NCBI RefSeq assembly: GCF_009914755.1
Contig: NC_060925.1
Length of the DNA stretch: 64,000 bases
Strand: one strand, 5' to 3'
Source of the DNA: the human T2T-CHM13v2.0 reference genome, Homo sapiens
Under the pieces are notes generated by a model. That model worked only from the letters and a program-made list of their open reading frames with translations, was not told the DNA's origin and did no database searches. The first letter of the stretch is position 1. Each line of letters opens with the position of its first letter. The position numbers were made by a program, and so were the translations under genes. This document shows positions 63,849 to 64,000 of the stretch, in pieces.

Positions 63849-64000
63849 CTTTCTTTTCTACTTTTTCTTTCCAAAGGAAAGCAAAACCTGATTGACAAGG
63901 TTGAGTAAAACTATGAGCTGATTAGACGTTGAACACTACTGCCTTCATGGAAATGTTACTATTTTGGCCAGAAAAAGAATTCAGAAAAGAAATAGCGTTT

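Overview
Primate genomic DNA, almost certainly human, carrying the promoter and first 10 coding exons of KMO (kynurenine 3-monooxygenase) on the + strand. The exons splice with canonical GT-AG junctions into an uninterrupted 957-nt frame (residues 1-319, MDSSVIQRKK...GQGMNA). This frame contains the GxGxxG, DG and GD fingerprints of FAD-dependent aromatic hydroxylases. The remaining exons lie beyond the window. From memory, not from this sequence, the locus is 1q43 with FH divergently transcribed just left of the window. The rest is AT-rich intergenic or intronic DNA full of dead transposons (Alu, L1, L2, MIR, HAL1, MaLR/ERV1 LTRs, DNA transposons) and microsatellites. Repeat subfamily names are from recalled consensus sequences and their boundaries are approximate. 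I see no new gene system. The most notable unexplained structures are: (1) a ~790-bp Alu-containing palindrome in intron 4 with clear template-switch junctions; (2) a ~100-bp locally templated insertion inside an LTR; (3) a 14.6-kb nested L1 stack that splits a MER2; (4) a miR-548-like MADE1 hairpin; (5) a CpG-retaining YY1/EGR1/ETS element in intron 4; (6) an ISRE + HNF1 + HNF4 + TATA promoter with an upstream in-frame ATG.
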